Assembly: GCA_045807245.1 (NCBI GenBank)
Contig: JBJMHS010000089.1
Span: 1 to 44,123, forward strand
Origin: Actinomycetales bacterium
GTDB taxonomy: Bacteria; Actinomycetota; Actinomycetes; Actinomycetales; CAVURS01
DNA length: 44,123 nucleotides
Direction: 5' to 3'
Part shown: positions 1 to 9,006 of the stretch, one piece after another
How the letters are laid out: each line of letters starts with the position of its first letter
Numbering within the stretch: the stretch's first letter is position 1
Translations under genes and position numbers: made by a program
Notes under the pieces: generated by a model
What the model saw: only the letters and a program-made list of their open reading frames with translations
Told to the model about the DNA's origin: nothing
Databases searched by the model: none

Positions 1-1
1 A

Positions 2-1291
2 TCGCCCGACGAAGTTGCGCGCTATCTGTTTCGGCGAGTGGTGTCATGGGGCCGAAGCAGCAACGTCTTCCTGCGCAACGGTGCGAGGCTCTATCTCGAT
101 GTCGGCTCCCATCCCGAGTACGCAACACCAGAGTGCGACGCGCTCGACGAGCTAATCGCACATGACAGGGCGGGGGAGCGGATCCTCGAGGGCCTGCTCA
201 TTGACGCCGAGCGGCGTTTGCACGAAGAGGGCATCGCTGGCGACGTCTACCTCTTCAAGAACAACACCGACTCGGCCGGCAACTCCTACGGCTGTCACGA
301 GAACTACTTGGTGTCGCGCCAGGGCGAGTTCGGAAAAGTCGCCGACGTCCTCATCCCATTCCTTGTCACGCGACAAATGATTTGCGGGGCCGGCAAGGTG
401 TTGCAGACGTCGCGGGGTGCGGTCTTCTGCGTGAGCCAGCGGGCCGACCACATCTGGGAGGGCGTCTCCAGCGCGACGACGCGCTCCCGGCCGATCATCA
501 ACACCCGGGACGAGCCGCACGCCGACGCCGAGCACTACCGGCGGCTGCATGTGATCGTCGGGGACTCGAACATGAGCGAGACCACGACGATGCTCAAGGT
601 CGGGACGACCGACCTGGTCCTGCGCATGGTCGAGTCCGGCCAGGTGCTGCGGGACTTGACGCTGGAGAACCCGATCCGCGCCATCCGGGAGATCAGCCAC
701 GACGTCACCGGCCGCCGTACCGTCAAGCTGGCCAACGGGCGCGAGCTGTCCGCCCTCGAGATCCAGACCGAGTACTACGAGCGGGCGCGCGACTTCGCCG
801 ACCGCAACGACCTGACCACCCCGGTCCACAAGATGGTGCTGGACCTGTGGCAGCGCACCCTGCACGCGATCGGCTCCGGCGACCTGTCCCTGGTGGACAC
901 CGAGATCGACTGGGTGATCAAGCACCGGCTCATCGAGCGCTACCGGGCCAAGCACAACCTCGAGCTGTCCAGCCCACGGATCGCCCAGATCGACCTCGCC
1001 TACCACGACATCCACCGCCGGCGGGGCCTGTTCTACGTCCTGCAGAACCGCGGGCAGTGCCAGCGGATCACGTCCGACGTCGAGATCTTCGAGGCCAAGT
1101 CGGTCCCGCCCCAGACGACGCGAGCCAAGCTCCGGGGCGAGTTCGTCCGCCGGGCCCAGGAGCGCCGCCGCGACTTCACCGTGGACTGGGTCCACCTCAA
1201 GCTGAACGACCAGGCGCAGCGGACGGTGCTGTGCAAGGACCCGTTCGCGTCCTCCGATGAGCGGGTTGCCCGCCTCATCGCGAGCATGTGA
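2..1291 (+). CDS. pafA: Pup--protein ligase (5' end outside window)
   Basis: Frame is open from base 2 ([45 protein letters not shown]). Motifs [30 protein letters not shown] and [11 protein letters not shown]; upstream of FKBP genes and pafBC. Confidence 0.97.
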   Translation, partial: SPDEVARYLFRRVVSWGRSSNVFLRNGARLYLDVGSHPEYATPECDALDELIAHDRAGERILEGLLIDAERRLHEEGIAGDVYLFKNNTDSAGNSYGCHENYLVSRQGEFGKVADVLIPFLVTRQMICGAGKVLQTSRGAVFCVSQRADHIWEGVSSATTRSRPIINTRDEPHADAEHYRRLHVIVGDSNMSETTTMLKVGTTDLVLRMVESGQVLRDLTLENPIRAIREISHDVTGRRTVKLANGRELSALEIQTEYYERARDFADRNDLTTPVHKMVLDLWQRTLHAIGSGDLSLVDTEIDWVIKHRLIERYRAKHNLELSSPRIAQIDLAYHDIHRRRGLFYVLQNRGQCQRITSDVEIFEAKSVPPQTTRAKLRGEFVRRAQERRRDFTVDWVHLKLNDQAQRTVLCKDPFASSDERVARLIASM

Positions 1292-1390
1292 GGACCGTCA
1301 CCAACTCCGCTGCGCGCCGACCGCCGGGGCTGATCCACAGGCTGGCCGGTTAACCTGCTCCGGAACCCCGACCGATTCGAGAAGAAGGCT

Positions 1391-2356
1391 GTGTTCGTGC
1401 GTCTGCTCCGCCCTGCCATGGTTGCCCTCTGTTCGCTGACCCTCGTCGCCGCGTGTGCGGGCTCGGGCAGCGACGGCAAGCCGACCACCTCGACCAGCAC
1501 GGCGGCGGCCTCCCTGGACGGCGTCACCGTGAGCGGCGTAGCGGGCAAGGCGCCGACGGTGGCTCTCACCAAGACCCCGTTCACCGTGACCAGCACGGTC
1601 ACCAAGGTGATCACGCCAGGGTCCGGCGCCGCTGTCACCAAGGGTCAGACCGTGCGGGTCGACTTCCTCCTCGTGGACGGCCGCGACGGCAAGGAGCGCG
1701 ACACGACGTTCGGCAAGCAGTCACGGGTGTTCACAGCCGACCCGGCGGCCGTGCTCCCGGGCATCGCCCACGGGCTGATCAACGAGAAGGTCGGCAGCCG
1801 CCTGCTCGTCGCGATCCCACCGGCCGAAGGCTTCGGTACCACCGGGAACACGGACCTGAACGTGCAGAAGGACGACACCATGCTCTTCGTCATCGACGTG
1901 AAGGCCGCGGCCACCCCGCTGAAGGCTCCCGACGGGGCGGCGGTCAGCCCGGGCGCCGGCCTGCCGACCGTCAAGGCGGACGCGAAGGGCGTTCCTCAGG
2001 TCACCATCCCGTCCGGCGCGGCGCCGACCAAGCTGGTCGCTCAGCCGCTGGTCAAGGGCAAGGGCGCCGTCGTCAAGGCCGGCCAGTCGCTCACCGTCAA
2101 CTACGTGGGCGTGATCTGGCCGGGCGGCAAGATCTTCGACAGCTCGTACGCGAAGGGCACACCGGCGGACTTCGTCATCGGGCAGGGCCAGGTGATCAAG
2201 GGTTGGGACCAGGGCCTGGTCGGCCAGACCCTCGGCAGCCGGGTGCTCCTCGTCATCCCGCCCGACCTCGGCTACGGCGCGGCCGGCAACACCTCGGCCG
2301 GGATCAAAGGGAGCGACACGCTGATCTTCGTCGTCGACATCCTCGGCGCCATCTGA
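1391..2356 (+). CDS. Lipoprotein FKBP-type peptidyl-prolyl isomerase with two FKBP domains
   Basis: Signal peptide with lipobox LVAAC; two FKBP repeats (RLLVAIPPAEGFG; FDSSY...VIKGWDQGL...IPPDLGYG). Start may be the GTG at 1397. Confidence 0.9.
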   Translation: MFVRLLRPAMVALCSLTLVAACAGSGSDGKPTTSTSTAAASLDGVTVSGVAGKAPTVALTKTPFTVTSTVTKVITPGSGAAVTKGQTVRVDFLLVDGRDGKERDTTFGKQSRVFTADPAAVLPGIAHGLINEKVGSRLLVAIPPAEGFGTTGNTDLNVQKDDTMLFVIDVKAAATPLKAPDGAAVSPGAGLPTVKADAKGVPQVTIPSGAAPTKLVAQPLVKGKGAVVKAGQSLTVNYVGVIWPGGKIFDSSYAKGTPADFVIGQGQVIKGWDQGLVGQTLGSRVLLVIPPDLGYGAAGNTSAGIKGSDTLIFVVDILGAI

Positions 2357-2423
2357 CCAGCCTCCGGACTGCACCCGACCCCACCCGCGCGACGCGCACC
2401 CGACCCATCGGAAGGACACCCCT

Positions 2424-2804
2424 ATGGCCATCGACCGCAGCAAGCCCGAGATCGACTTCCCCGGCGAGGAGCCTCCGCAGGACCTCGTGGTCGAGGACGA
2501 GATCGTCGGCGACGGGGCCGAGGCCGTGAGCGGCTGCACCGTCGTCACCCATTACGTCGGCGTCGCGCACTCCACCGGCGAGGAGTTCGACGCCTCGTGG
2601 AACCGCGGCGAGCCGCTGGCCTTCCGGGTCGGCGTCGGGCAGGTCATCAAGGGCTGGGACGACGGCCTGCTCGGCATGAAGGTCGGCGGCCGGCGCAAGC
2701 TGACCATCCCGCCCCACCTCGGGTACGGCGACCGGGGCGCGGGCAGTGCGATCAGGCCGGGAGAGACGCTGATCTTCGTCGTGGACCTGGTCGACGTCCG
2801 CTGA
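2424..2804 (+). CDS. fkbP: Cytoplasmic FKBP-type peptidyl-prolyl cis-trans isomerase
   Basis: HYVGV...FDASWNRG...VIKGWDDG...IPPHLGYG motifs; GAAGGA RBS upstream. Confidence 0.93.
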   Translation: MAIDRSKPEIDFPGEEPPQDLVVEDEIVGDGAEAVSGCTVVTHYVGVAHSTGEEFDASWNRGEPLAFRVGVGQVIKGWDDGLLGMKVGGRRKLTIPPHLGYGDRGAGSAIRPGETLIFVVDLVDVR

Positions 2805-2816
2805 CGAGGCAACGGG

Positions 2817-3926
2817 TCAGGTGAGGAGGGTGGCCACGTGCCGCCCGGCGGCGGCGGCCGACACGAACGCCGCCCGGTCCTGGTCCGGCCCGCGGCCCAT
2901 CGTGGAGAGGGGCACCGGGCACGCCGCGAGCGCAGCGTCGAGCCCGTCCGTCTGCACCTCGACCACCTGATGCCCGGCCGGCGAGGAGCCCGCCAGCGCC
3001 CGGACCGCGCTGCGCAGGCCGGAGCCGAAGTCGCCGGGCAGGAGCGGCACGACGAGATCCGCGGCGGCCAGGGCGACCCGCCCGTACGCCGTACTGCTGT
3101 GGTGGGACAGACCGCGGTGACGTTCCCGCGCGTCGGCCTCGGACACGCGGAGTACGGCGACCGGCCGGCCGCCCAGCGCCGCGGCGGCGTTGACCGCCTC
3201 GCCGGCGGCGACCCCGGAGAAACCCCACGGCGTGTCGGTCCCCAGGTTGCCGGGACCCTGGATCACGATCGCCGTCTCCGCCCGGAGGACGTGCCGCGCG
3301 GCCAGCAGCCCGCTGTGCAGGGTGACCGCCTCCAGGTCTCCGCCGAACGCCTGGCCGACGGTGACCGACCCGGCCAGCCAGCCCTGCTCCCGCAGACCGG
3401 CCACCGTCCGGGAGAACCACAGCGGCAACGCGCCCCCGTCGGTCATGACGTACACGGCCCGGGTGCCTGGCCGGTCGGCCAGCAGGCCGGCGAGCACCGC
3501 CGGCAGCGAGGAGTGCAGGTCCGCGACGACCACCGGCATACCGCCGATGTCGTCGGCCGAGCGCAGCACGCCGTGGTACGGCGACTCCTGTTCGTCCGCG
3601 CCGAGCACCATGGCCTGCAGCGGCGTGTACCGCGCCTTGACCAGATGCCCCTCGGGCTCGCCTGGTTCGACCGGCCGGTCGCCCGGCGGACGGTCGGGCA
3701 ACGCGATCACGAGGGCGTACCCGCCGGTGCCCAGACCGCGCTGCAGGGCGGTGACGTTGAGCAGGACACGGTCGCCGGCGACCGGCGTTCCGACCAGGCT
3801 GGGGTAGGCGAGGGCGCGTAACGCGCCGTCTCCCGGGACGTCGACCTCGACCTCCACCGCGCCGGTCCAGGCCCTCCGGACCGCCGTCACCGTGCCGGTA
3901 CGCCACGCGACCCTTGGCATCGCCAC
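2817..3926 (-). CDS. DUF3866 family protein
   Basis: LGTGGY, GHLVKARYTPLQ, DLHSSL, GQAFGGDLEAV and QGPGNLGT motifs; divergent from pafB. A -10-like TAGTCT lies 6 nt before the GTG, suggesting a leaderless start. Confidence 0.85.
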   Translation of the reverse strand: MAMPRVAWRTGTVTAVRRAWTGAVEVEVDVPGDGALRALAYPSLVGTPVAGDRVLLNVTALQRGLGTGGYALVIALPDRPPGDRPVEPGEPEGHLVKARYTPLQAMVLGADEQESPYHGVLRSADDIGGMPVVVADLHSSLPAVLAGLLADRPGTRAVYVMTDGGALPLWFSRTVAGLREQGWLAGSVTVGQAFGGDLEAVTLHSGLLAARHVLRAETAIVIQGPGNLGTDTPWGFSGVAAGEAVNAAAALGGRPVAVLRVSEADARERHRGLSHHSSTAYGRVALAAADLVVPLLPGDFGSGLRSAVRALAGSSPAGHQVVEVQTDGLDAALAACPVPLSTMGRGPDQDRAAFVSAAAAGRHVATLLT

Positions 3927-4007
3927 GCGGGCAGACTAGCCACGCAGGCCGGGCCCGACGCGTCCGCTAGCGTTTGGGCCAAACCCGCTAGCAAGGACCT
4001 GGACCTG

Positions 4008-4985
4008 ATGTCGTCGGCCAAGACCGAGCGTCTGCTCAACCTGGTGATCTGCCTGCTGAGCACCCGTCGGCCGCTCAGCAAGGCGCAGATCCGGGCTGCC
4101 GTGCCGCAGTACGGCGAGAGCACCTCCATGGAGGCCTTCGAGCGGATGTTCGAGCGGGACAAGGACGAGCTCCGCGACCTGGGCGTTCCGCTGGCGACGA
4201 CCCATGCCGACCCGCTGTTCGACGACGAGGTCGGCTACCGGATCGACCGCGATGCCTACGCCCTGCCCGAGGTGAGCTTCGAGCCGGACGAGATGACGGT
4301 TCTGGGTCTGGCCTCCCGGGTGTGGCAACAGGCCAGCCTGGCCGGGCCGGCGGCGCGGGCGCTGACCAAGCTGAAGGCGGCCGGCGTCGAGCCGGACGAG
4401 ACGTCCCTCATCGGCCTGGAGCCGCGGGTCCGGACCTCCGAGCCGTCGTTCGAGCCGCTGTGGGCTGCGGTCCGGGACCGCGTGCCGGTGCGTTTCCCGT
4501 ACCGCCGGTCCGGGTCGGCCGAGTCCACCGAACGACGCGTCGAACCGTGGGCGGTGGCCAGCTGGCACGGCCGCTGGTACCTGACTGGGCATGACCGCGA
4601 CCGGCAGGCCGGCCGGGTCTTCCGGCTGAGCCGGATCACCGGCGAGGTGCGGACCGACGGCAAGCCCGGCGCGTACGACGTGCCACCGGGTCACGACGCC
4701 CGCGAGATGCTCCGCTCGCTGGTCCCGGATCGACCGCAGAGCAAGGCGGTGCTCCGGGCTCGGGCCGGCAGCGGCCAGGCGCTGCGCCGCCGTGCGCTCG
4801 AGCAGTCCGACCTGCCCGGGACGGGCGTCGAGTGGACCCGCCTGGTCGTGCCCTACTACGACGTCGAGGTGCTGGCCGAGGAGCTGACGTCGTACGGACC
4901 GGCGGTGCGGGCCGAGGAGCCGGAGGAGCTGCGTGCGGCGATCGTGCGCCGGCTCACCGCCGTCGTGACCGGGGCGGCGTCGTGA
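4008..4985 (+). CDS. pafB: WYL-domain transcriptional regulator PafB
   Basis: KTERLLNLVICLL N-terminus, AFERMFERDKDELR, GRWYL and RVFRLSRI; lies between pafA and pafC. Confidence 0.93.
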   Translation: MSSAKTERLLNLVICLLSTRRPLSKAQIRAAVPQYGESTSMEAFERMFERDKDELRDLGVPLATTHADPLFDDEVGYRIDRDAYALPEVSFEPDEMTVLGLASRVWQQASLAGPAARALTKLKAAGVEPDETSLIGLEPRVRTSEPSFEPLWAAVRDRVPVRFPYRRSGSAESTERRVEPWAVASWHGRWYLTGHDRDRQAGRVFRLSRITGEVRTDGKPGAYDVPPGHDAREMLRSLVPDRPQSKAVLRARAGSGQALRRRALEQSDLPGTGVEWTRLVVPYYDVEVLAEELTSYGPAVRAEEPEELRAAIVRRLTAVVTGAAS

Positions 4986-5023
4986 CCGGGCGCGGCATCA
5001 TGACCGGGGCGGTGTCGTGACCG
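4962..5023 (+). repeat. Tandem repeat, ~3.6 copies of a 17-18 bp unit (GTCGTGACCGGGGCGGC), spanning the pafB stop and pafC start
   Basis: Units at 4962-4978, 4979-4996, 4997-5013 and a partial unit at 5014-5023. Confidence 0.85.
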
Positions 5024-5973
5024 AAGGTGCGACGGAGCGCCTCTCCCGGCTGCTGACGATGGTGCCCTGGCTGCTCACCCACCAGGGCGTGGAGCTGTCC
5101 GTGGCGGCCGGGGAGTTCGGCGTCGACGAGGCCCAGCTGGTGAAGGACCTCGAGCTCCTGTTCGTCTGCGGCACGCCCGGCCATCTGCCCGACGACCTGA
5201 TCGAGGCGGAGTGGGAGGGCGGCCGCGTCTTCGTCGACAACGCCGACACGATCGCGCGGCCTTTGCGACTCGGCGTGGACGAGGCGCTGGCCCTCGTCGT
5301 CGGCCTGCGCACCCTGGCCGAGGTCCCGGGCCTGGGAGAGCGGGCCGCCGTCGACCGCGCGCTGGCCAAGCTCGAGGCGGCGGCTGGTGCTGCGGCCGCC
5401 GGCTCGCGCAGCGTCCACGTCGACCTGGAGGCAGGGGCCGAGGCCGAGGTGCTGGCGGCGTGCCGGGAGGCCCTGGCCGGACGGCGCCGGCTGCGCCTGG
5501 ACTACCTCGTGCCGAGCCGCGACGAGACGACGCGCCGCGACGTCGACCCGATGCGGGTCCAGACCGTCGAGTCCCGCTGGTACCTCGAGGCCTGGTGCCA
5601 CCGGGCCGAGGCGGTGCGGCTGTTCCGGCTGGACCGGATTGTGGACGCCGAGGTCCTCGACGTGGACGGCACCCCGCCGGCGCACGCCCGCTCGCGCGAC
5701 CTGGACGAGCAGCTGTTTTCGCCCGGGCCGGACGACCTCCTGGTGACCTTGGAGCTCGCCGCGAGCGCCCGCTGGGTCGTGGACTACTACCCTGTCGAGT
5801 CGGTCGAGGACCTCGCCGGAGGGCGGATGCTGGTGCGGCTGCGGACCGCCGACACCCGCTGGCTGCAGCGGCTCGTCCTGCGGCTCGCCGGTCAGGCGCG
5901 GGTCGTGGAGCCCGCCGAGCTGGGGTCGGATGTGGTCCGGCTCGCGGAGGAGGCCCTGTCTGCCTACCTGTGA
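5017..5973 (+). CDS. pafC: WYL-domain transcriptional regulator PafC
   Basis: RLSRLLTMVPWL, CGTPGHLPDDLI, RWYLEAWC and RLFRLDRI motifs; follows pafB. Confidence 0.93.
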   Translation: MTEGATERLSRLLTMVPWLLTHQGVELSVAAGEFGVDEAQLVKDLELLFVCGTPGHLPDDLIEAEWEGGRVFVDNADTIARPLRLGVDEALALVVGLRTLAEVPGLGERAAVDRALAKLEAAAGAAAAGSRSVHVDLEAGAEAEVLAACREALAGRRRLRLDYLVPSRDETTRRDVDPMRVQTVESRWYLEAWCHRAEAVRLFRLDRIVDAEVLDVDGTPPAHARSRDLDEQLFSPGPDDLLVTLELAASARWVVDYYPVESVEDLAGGRMLVRLRTADTRWLQRLVLRLAGQARVVEPAELGSDVVRLAEEALSAYL

Positions 5974-6016
5974 CGGGGCCGATCGCGTGAGCCTGCAGCA
6001 GTTGGCAAGACCGGTG

Positions 6017-6042
6017 TCAAGTTTTCTCCCCCCATTGCCGAA
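6017..6042 (+). promoter_or_regulatory. Putative sigma-28 (FliA/WhiG-type) promoter
   Basis: TCAAG-N15-GCCGAA in the spacer, 57 nt upstream of the ATG at 6100. Confidence 0.45.
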
Positions 6043-6099
6043 CCCTCTTTCAGCGGGTCAGGGAGATCCGGGAACACCCGTCAGGGAGAGGAGTAGGCC

Positions 6100-6444
6100 A
6101 TGACCACGATCAAGGCTTCGTGCCCCAGCTGCGGCGATGTCGAGCTGACCAGTGCTCAGGTGCGTCTGGTGGTCTGCTCGATCCAGGACTGGTCGTTCTA
6201 CGCCTTCACCTGCCACACCTGCCACGAGGAGATCCGCAAGCCGGCCGCCACCGACGTCGTCACGCTGCTGCAGTCCGGCGGCGTCCTGGCCGAGATGTGG
6301 GCGGTGCCGGCCGAGGCGCTCGAGAAGCACGACGGCGACTCGATCTCCTACGACGACGTCCTCGACTTCGCGCTCCGCCTGCAGGCCCTGGACGACGTGA
6401 CCGCCGCCCTGGCGCCGGTCCGCCCCGGAGTGCCCGCCCGCTGA
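6100..6444 (+). CDS. Hypothetical protein with CxxC...CxxC zinc-ribbon motif
   Basis: Strong RBS (GAGAGGAG), high-GC3 codons, CPSC and CHTC pairs. Confidence 0.82.
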   Translation: MTTIKASCPSCGDVELTSAQVRLVVCSIQDWSFYAFTCHTCHEEIRKPAATDVVTLLQSGGVLAEMWAVPAEALEKHDGDSISYDDVLDFALRLQALDDVTAALAPVRPGVPAR

Positions 6445-6557
6445 CCTCAGGCTCACGCTCGCCGACGGGGCGGTGCCGCATCATCCGATGCGGTGCCGCC
6501 TCGATCGTGTGGTGGCGCTCGTGCTGGCCGAGTCGGCCGAGGTCCTAGGGTGTCCCG

Positions 6558-6848
6558 GTGTCCTGGTGGCTGTGGGTCCTCATCTGGGTCCTGTTGGTGC
6601 TGTGCGCCCTTCTCTTTCTGTTCCTGCTGGTCCGGCAGGTGTGGCGCAAGCTCCGCCTGCTGGCCCGCGAGCTGAGCACGGCGTCGGAGCGGCTGGCCGC
6701 CGTCACCGACGAGCTGCAGCGTCTGCAGGACCGGTCACCGGACGCGCCGCAGCCTGCGGTGTTCGACAGTCCCACCGAGCACCGGACCCGCCGGTTCACC
6801 GCCACGCGGACCAAACAACGCCGGTCCCGGCCTCGAAGCCAGACGTAG
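6558..6848 (+). CDS. Small membrane protein (N-terminal TM helix plus coiled coil) upstream of tatA
   Basis: Hydrophobic [22 protein letters not shown]; -10-like TAGGGT 6 nt before the GTG. Confidence 0.75.
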   Translation: MSWWLWVLIWVLLVLCALLFLFLLVRQVWRKLRLLARELSTASERLAAVTDELQRLQDRSPDAPQPAVFDSPTEHRTRRFTATRTKQRRSRPRSQT

Positions 6849-6888
6849 ACTGACGACACTGCTTCACACCAGACGAAGGGCACACACC

Positions 6889-7173
6889 ATGAGAGGCCTC
6901 TTCGAAGGCTGGCACCTGATCGTCATTCTGGTCGTGGTGCTGTTGCTCTTCGGCTACAAGCGACTGCCGGACGCCGCGCGCAGCCTGGGTCGCTCGATGC
7001 GGATCTTCAAGTCCGAGGTCGACAGCATGCGCGAGGGCGGCGAGGACAAGAAGCCATCGGGTGACGCCGGGAGCTCGACGGCATCGGGCTCGAACCAACC
7101 GCTCAGCGGCCGCATCATCGACGACGGCACACCACGGCAGCAGTCGGAGGCCACGGGCGACGAGCGCCGCTGA
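6889..7173 (+). CDS. tatA: Twin-arginine translocase subunit TatA
   Basis: [37 protein letters not shown] signature. Confidence 0.96.
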   Translation: MRGLFEGWHLIVILVVVLLLFGYKRLPDAARSLGRSMRIFKSEVDSMREGGEDKKPSGDAGSSTASGSNQPLSGRIIDDGTPRQQSEATGDERR

Positions 7174-7228
7174 GCACCGCCCACCGCTCACCGCCGCCCG
7201 CACCCACCCGCCGTACTGAGCAGCCACG

Positions 7229-8059
7229 ATGACCGACGCACCCGCGCGCCGGCGGGGTCGCAAGCAGCGCGACCCCGAGGGACGGATGTCACTCGGCGGT
7301 CACCTGCGAGAGCTGCGCAACCGGGTGACGGTCGCCGCGCTGGCCGTCGTCGCCGGTGGGACAGTCGGCTGGATCTGGTACTCGCCGTTGCTCGAGCGGC
7401 TGCAGGACCCGCTGCGGCAGGTGGCGCACGACCGCGGCAACAACCTCGTCACGCTGAACTTCGGCGGCGGCGGCATCACGGAGCCGTTCTCGATCAAGAT
7501 CAAGGTGGCGCTGTTCGTCGGCCTGATGATCGCGAGCCCGGTCTGGATCTACGAGATCTGGGCGTTCGTCATGCCGGGGCTGACCAAGAAGGAGCGCAAG
7601 TACGCCGCCGGCTTCCTCGCGGTCTCCGTCCCGCTCTTCCTCGGCGGCGCCTACCTGGCCTGGCTCGTCCTGCCCAAGGCTGTCGTCACCCTCCTGGAGT
7701 TCACGCCCAAGGGCGCAGCCAACCTGCCGGCTGCCGACACCTATCTGACGTTCGTGACCAGGTTCATCCTGGCGTTCGGGCTCGCCTTCCTGCTGCCCGT
7801 GCTGATGGTCGGGCTGAACCTGGCGCACGTGCTGCCCGGACGGGTCATGCTGCGCGCGTGGCGCGTCGCCGTCTTCCTCATCTTCGTGTTCGCGGCGGTC
7901 ATGACCCCGACGCCGGACCCCTGGACCATGTGCTTCATGGCGCTGCCGATGATCGCGCTGTTCTTCGTCGCCGTGGGGATCGGGCTGCTCGTCGACCGGC
8001 GTCGAGCGCGCAGCGACCCGTACGCCGGCCTGAGCGACGACGAGGCGAGCCCCCTGTAG
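7229..8059 (+). CDS. tatC: Twin-arginine translocase subunit TatC
   Basis: MSLGGHLRELRNR, WAFVMPGL and AAVMTPTPDP; multiple TM helices. Confidence 0.96.
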   Translation: MTDAPARRRGRKQRDPEGRMSLGGHLRELRNRVTVAALAVVAGGTVGWIWYSPLLERLQDPLRQVAHDRGNNLVTLNFGGGGITEPFSIKIKVALFVGLMIASPVWIYEIWAFVMPGLTKKERKYAAGFLAVSVPLFLGGAYLAWLVLPKAVVTLLEFTPKGAANLPAADTYLTFVTRFILAFGLAFLLPVLMVGLNLAHVLPGRVMLRAWRVAVFLIFVFAAVMTPTPDPWTMCFMALPMIALFFVAVGIGLLVDRRRARSDPYAGLSDDEASPL

Positions 8060-8069
8060 CCTGCCCGCC

Positions 8070-8972
8070 GTGGGTCGCATCGCGCTGCTCGTGAACCCCA
8101 CCTCGGGCGGCGGCCGGGGTGGCCCATCGGGCGCTGCGGTCGCCGAACAACTCCGCACCTCCGGGGTCGAGGTCACCGACGTGTCCGGAGCCAGCGCCGA
8201 CGAGGCCCGGCACAACGCGCAGACCGTGCTGGACCAGGGAGTCGACGCGCTCGTCGTCGTGGGCGGCGACGGGGTCGTGCACCTGGGCGTCAACCTGGTC
8301 GCCGGCACCTCCACGCCGCTCGGCATCGTCCCCGCCGGCACCGGAAACGACATCGCCCGGGCGCTCGGCCTGTCGATCGACGACGTCGCCGCGGCCGGCT
8401 CGACCGTCCTGTCCGCCGTACAGTCCGGTACGACGCGGACGATCGACGCGGCCCGGCACCTGCCCGACGAAGGGACCGTCGGGGCCGGCTGGTTCGCCGG
8501 AGTGCTCGGCGCCGGGTTCGACGCCAAGGTCAACGAACGGGCCAACGGCTGGCGCTGGCCGAAGGGACCGCGCAAGTACGACCTGGCGATCGCGCGCGAG
8601 CTGCCCGTCTTCAAACCCCTGCCGTACGTCCTGGAGCTGGACGGCCAGGTGGTCACGGCGAACGCGATGCTGGTCGCGGTCGGCAACGGCCCGTCGTACG
8701 GCGGGGGAATGCTGGTGTGTCCGGACGCCGAGCTGGACGACGGTCTGCTCGACGTCATGATCGTCGACAAGATCAGCAAGATCGAGTTTCTCAAGGTGTT
8801 CCCGAAGGTGTACACGGGAGCGCACAAGGACCATCCCGCGGTGTCCATCCACCGAGCCAGGACGGTGCGGCTCAGTACCCCGGGGATCGTGGCGTACGCG
8901 GACGGAGAGCGGTACGCGGCCCTACCGCTGACCTGCGAGGTCGTCCCCGGCGCCCTGCATGTGCTGTCGTAA
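8070..8972 (+). CDS. Diacylglycerol/lipid kinase family protein (YegS/DAGK-like)
   Basis: NPTSG, GGDG, PAGTGND, YGGG and YADGE motifs. Confidence 0.92.
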   Translation: MGRIALLVNPTSGGGRGGPSGAAVAEQLRTSGVEVTDVSGASADEARHNAQTVLDQGVDALVVVGGDGVVHLGVNLVAGTSTPLGIVPAGTGNDIARALGLSIDDVAAAGSTVLSAVQSGTTRTIDAARHLPDEGTVGAGWFAGVLGAGFDAKVNERANGWRWPKGPRKYDLAIARELPVFKPLPYVLELDGQVVTANAMLVAVGNGPSYGGGMLVCPDAELDDGLLDVMIVDKISKIEFLKVFPKVYTGAHKDHPAVSIHRARTVRLSTPGIVAYADGERYAALPLTCEVVPGALHVLS

Positions 8973-9006
8973 CAGGACGCTGCCCGCGCTGACGTAGCCT
9001 TCGACC

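Noticed and set aside
2371..2406. 11-bp direct repeat GCACCCGACCC between the FKBP genes, and a C-rich CACCGC run at 7175-7213
   Set aside because: Short, low-complexity spacer sequence; not enough to claim a function.
3966..3992. GCTAGCG...CGCTAGC dyad upstream of pafB
   Set aside because: Short, overlaps a likely -10, and does not match the PafBC (TGTCGG-N10-TANNNT) motif; no factor can be assigned.
4962..5023. Possible CRISPR array
   Set aside because: Units are contiguous with no spacers, and there are no cas genes in the window.
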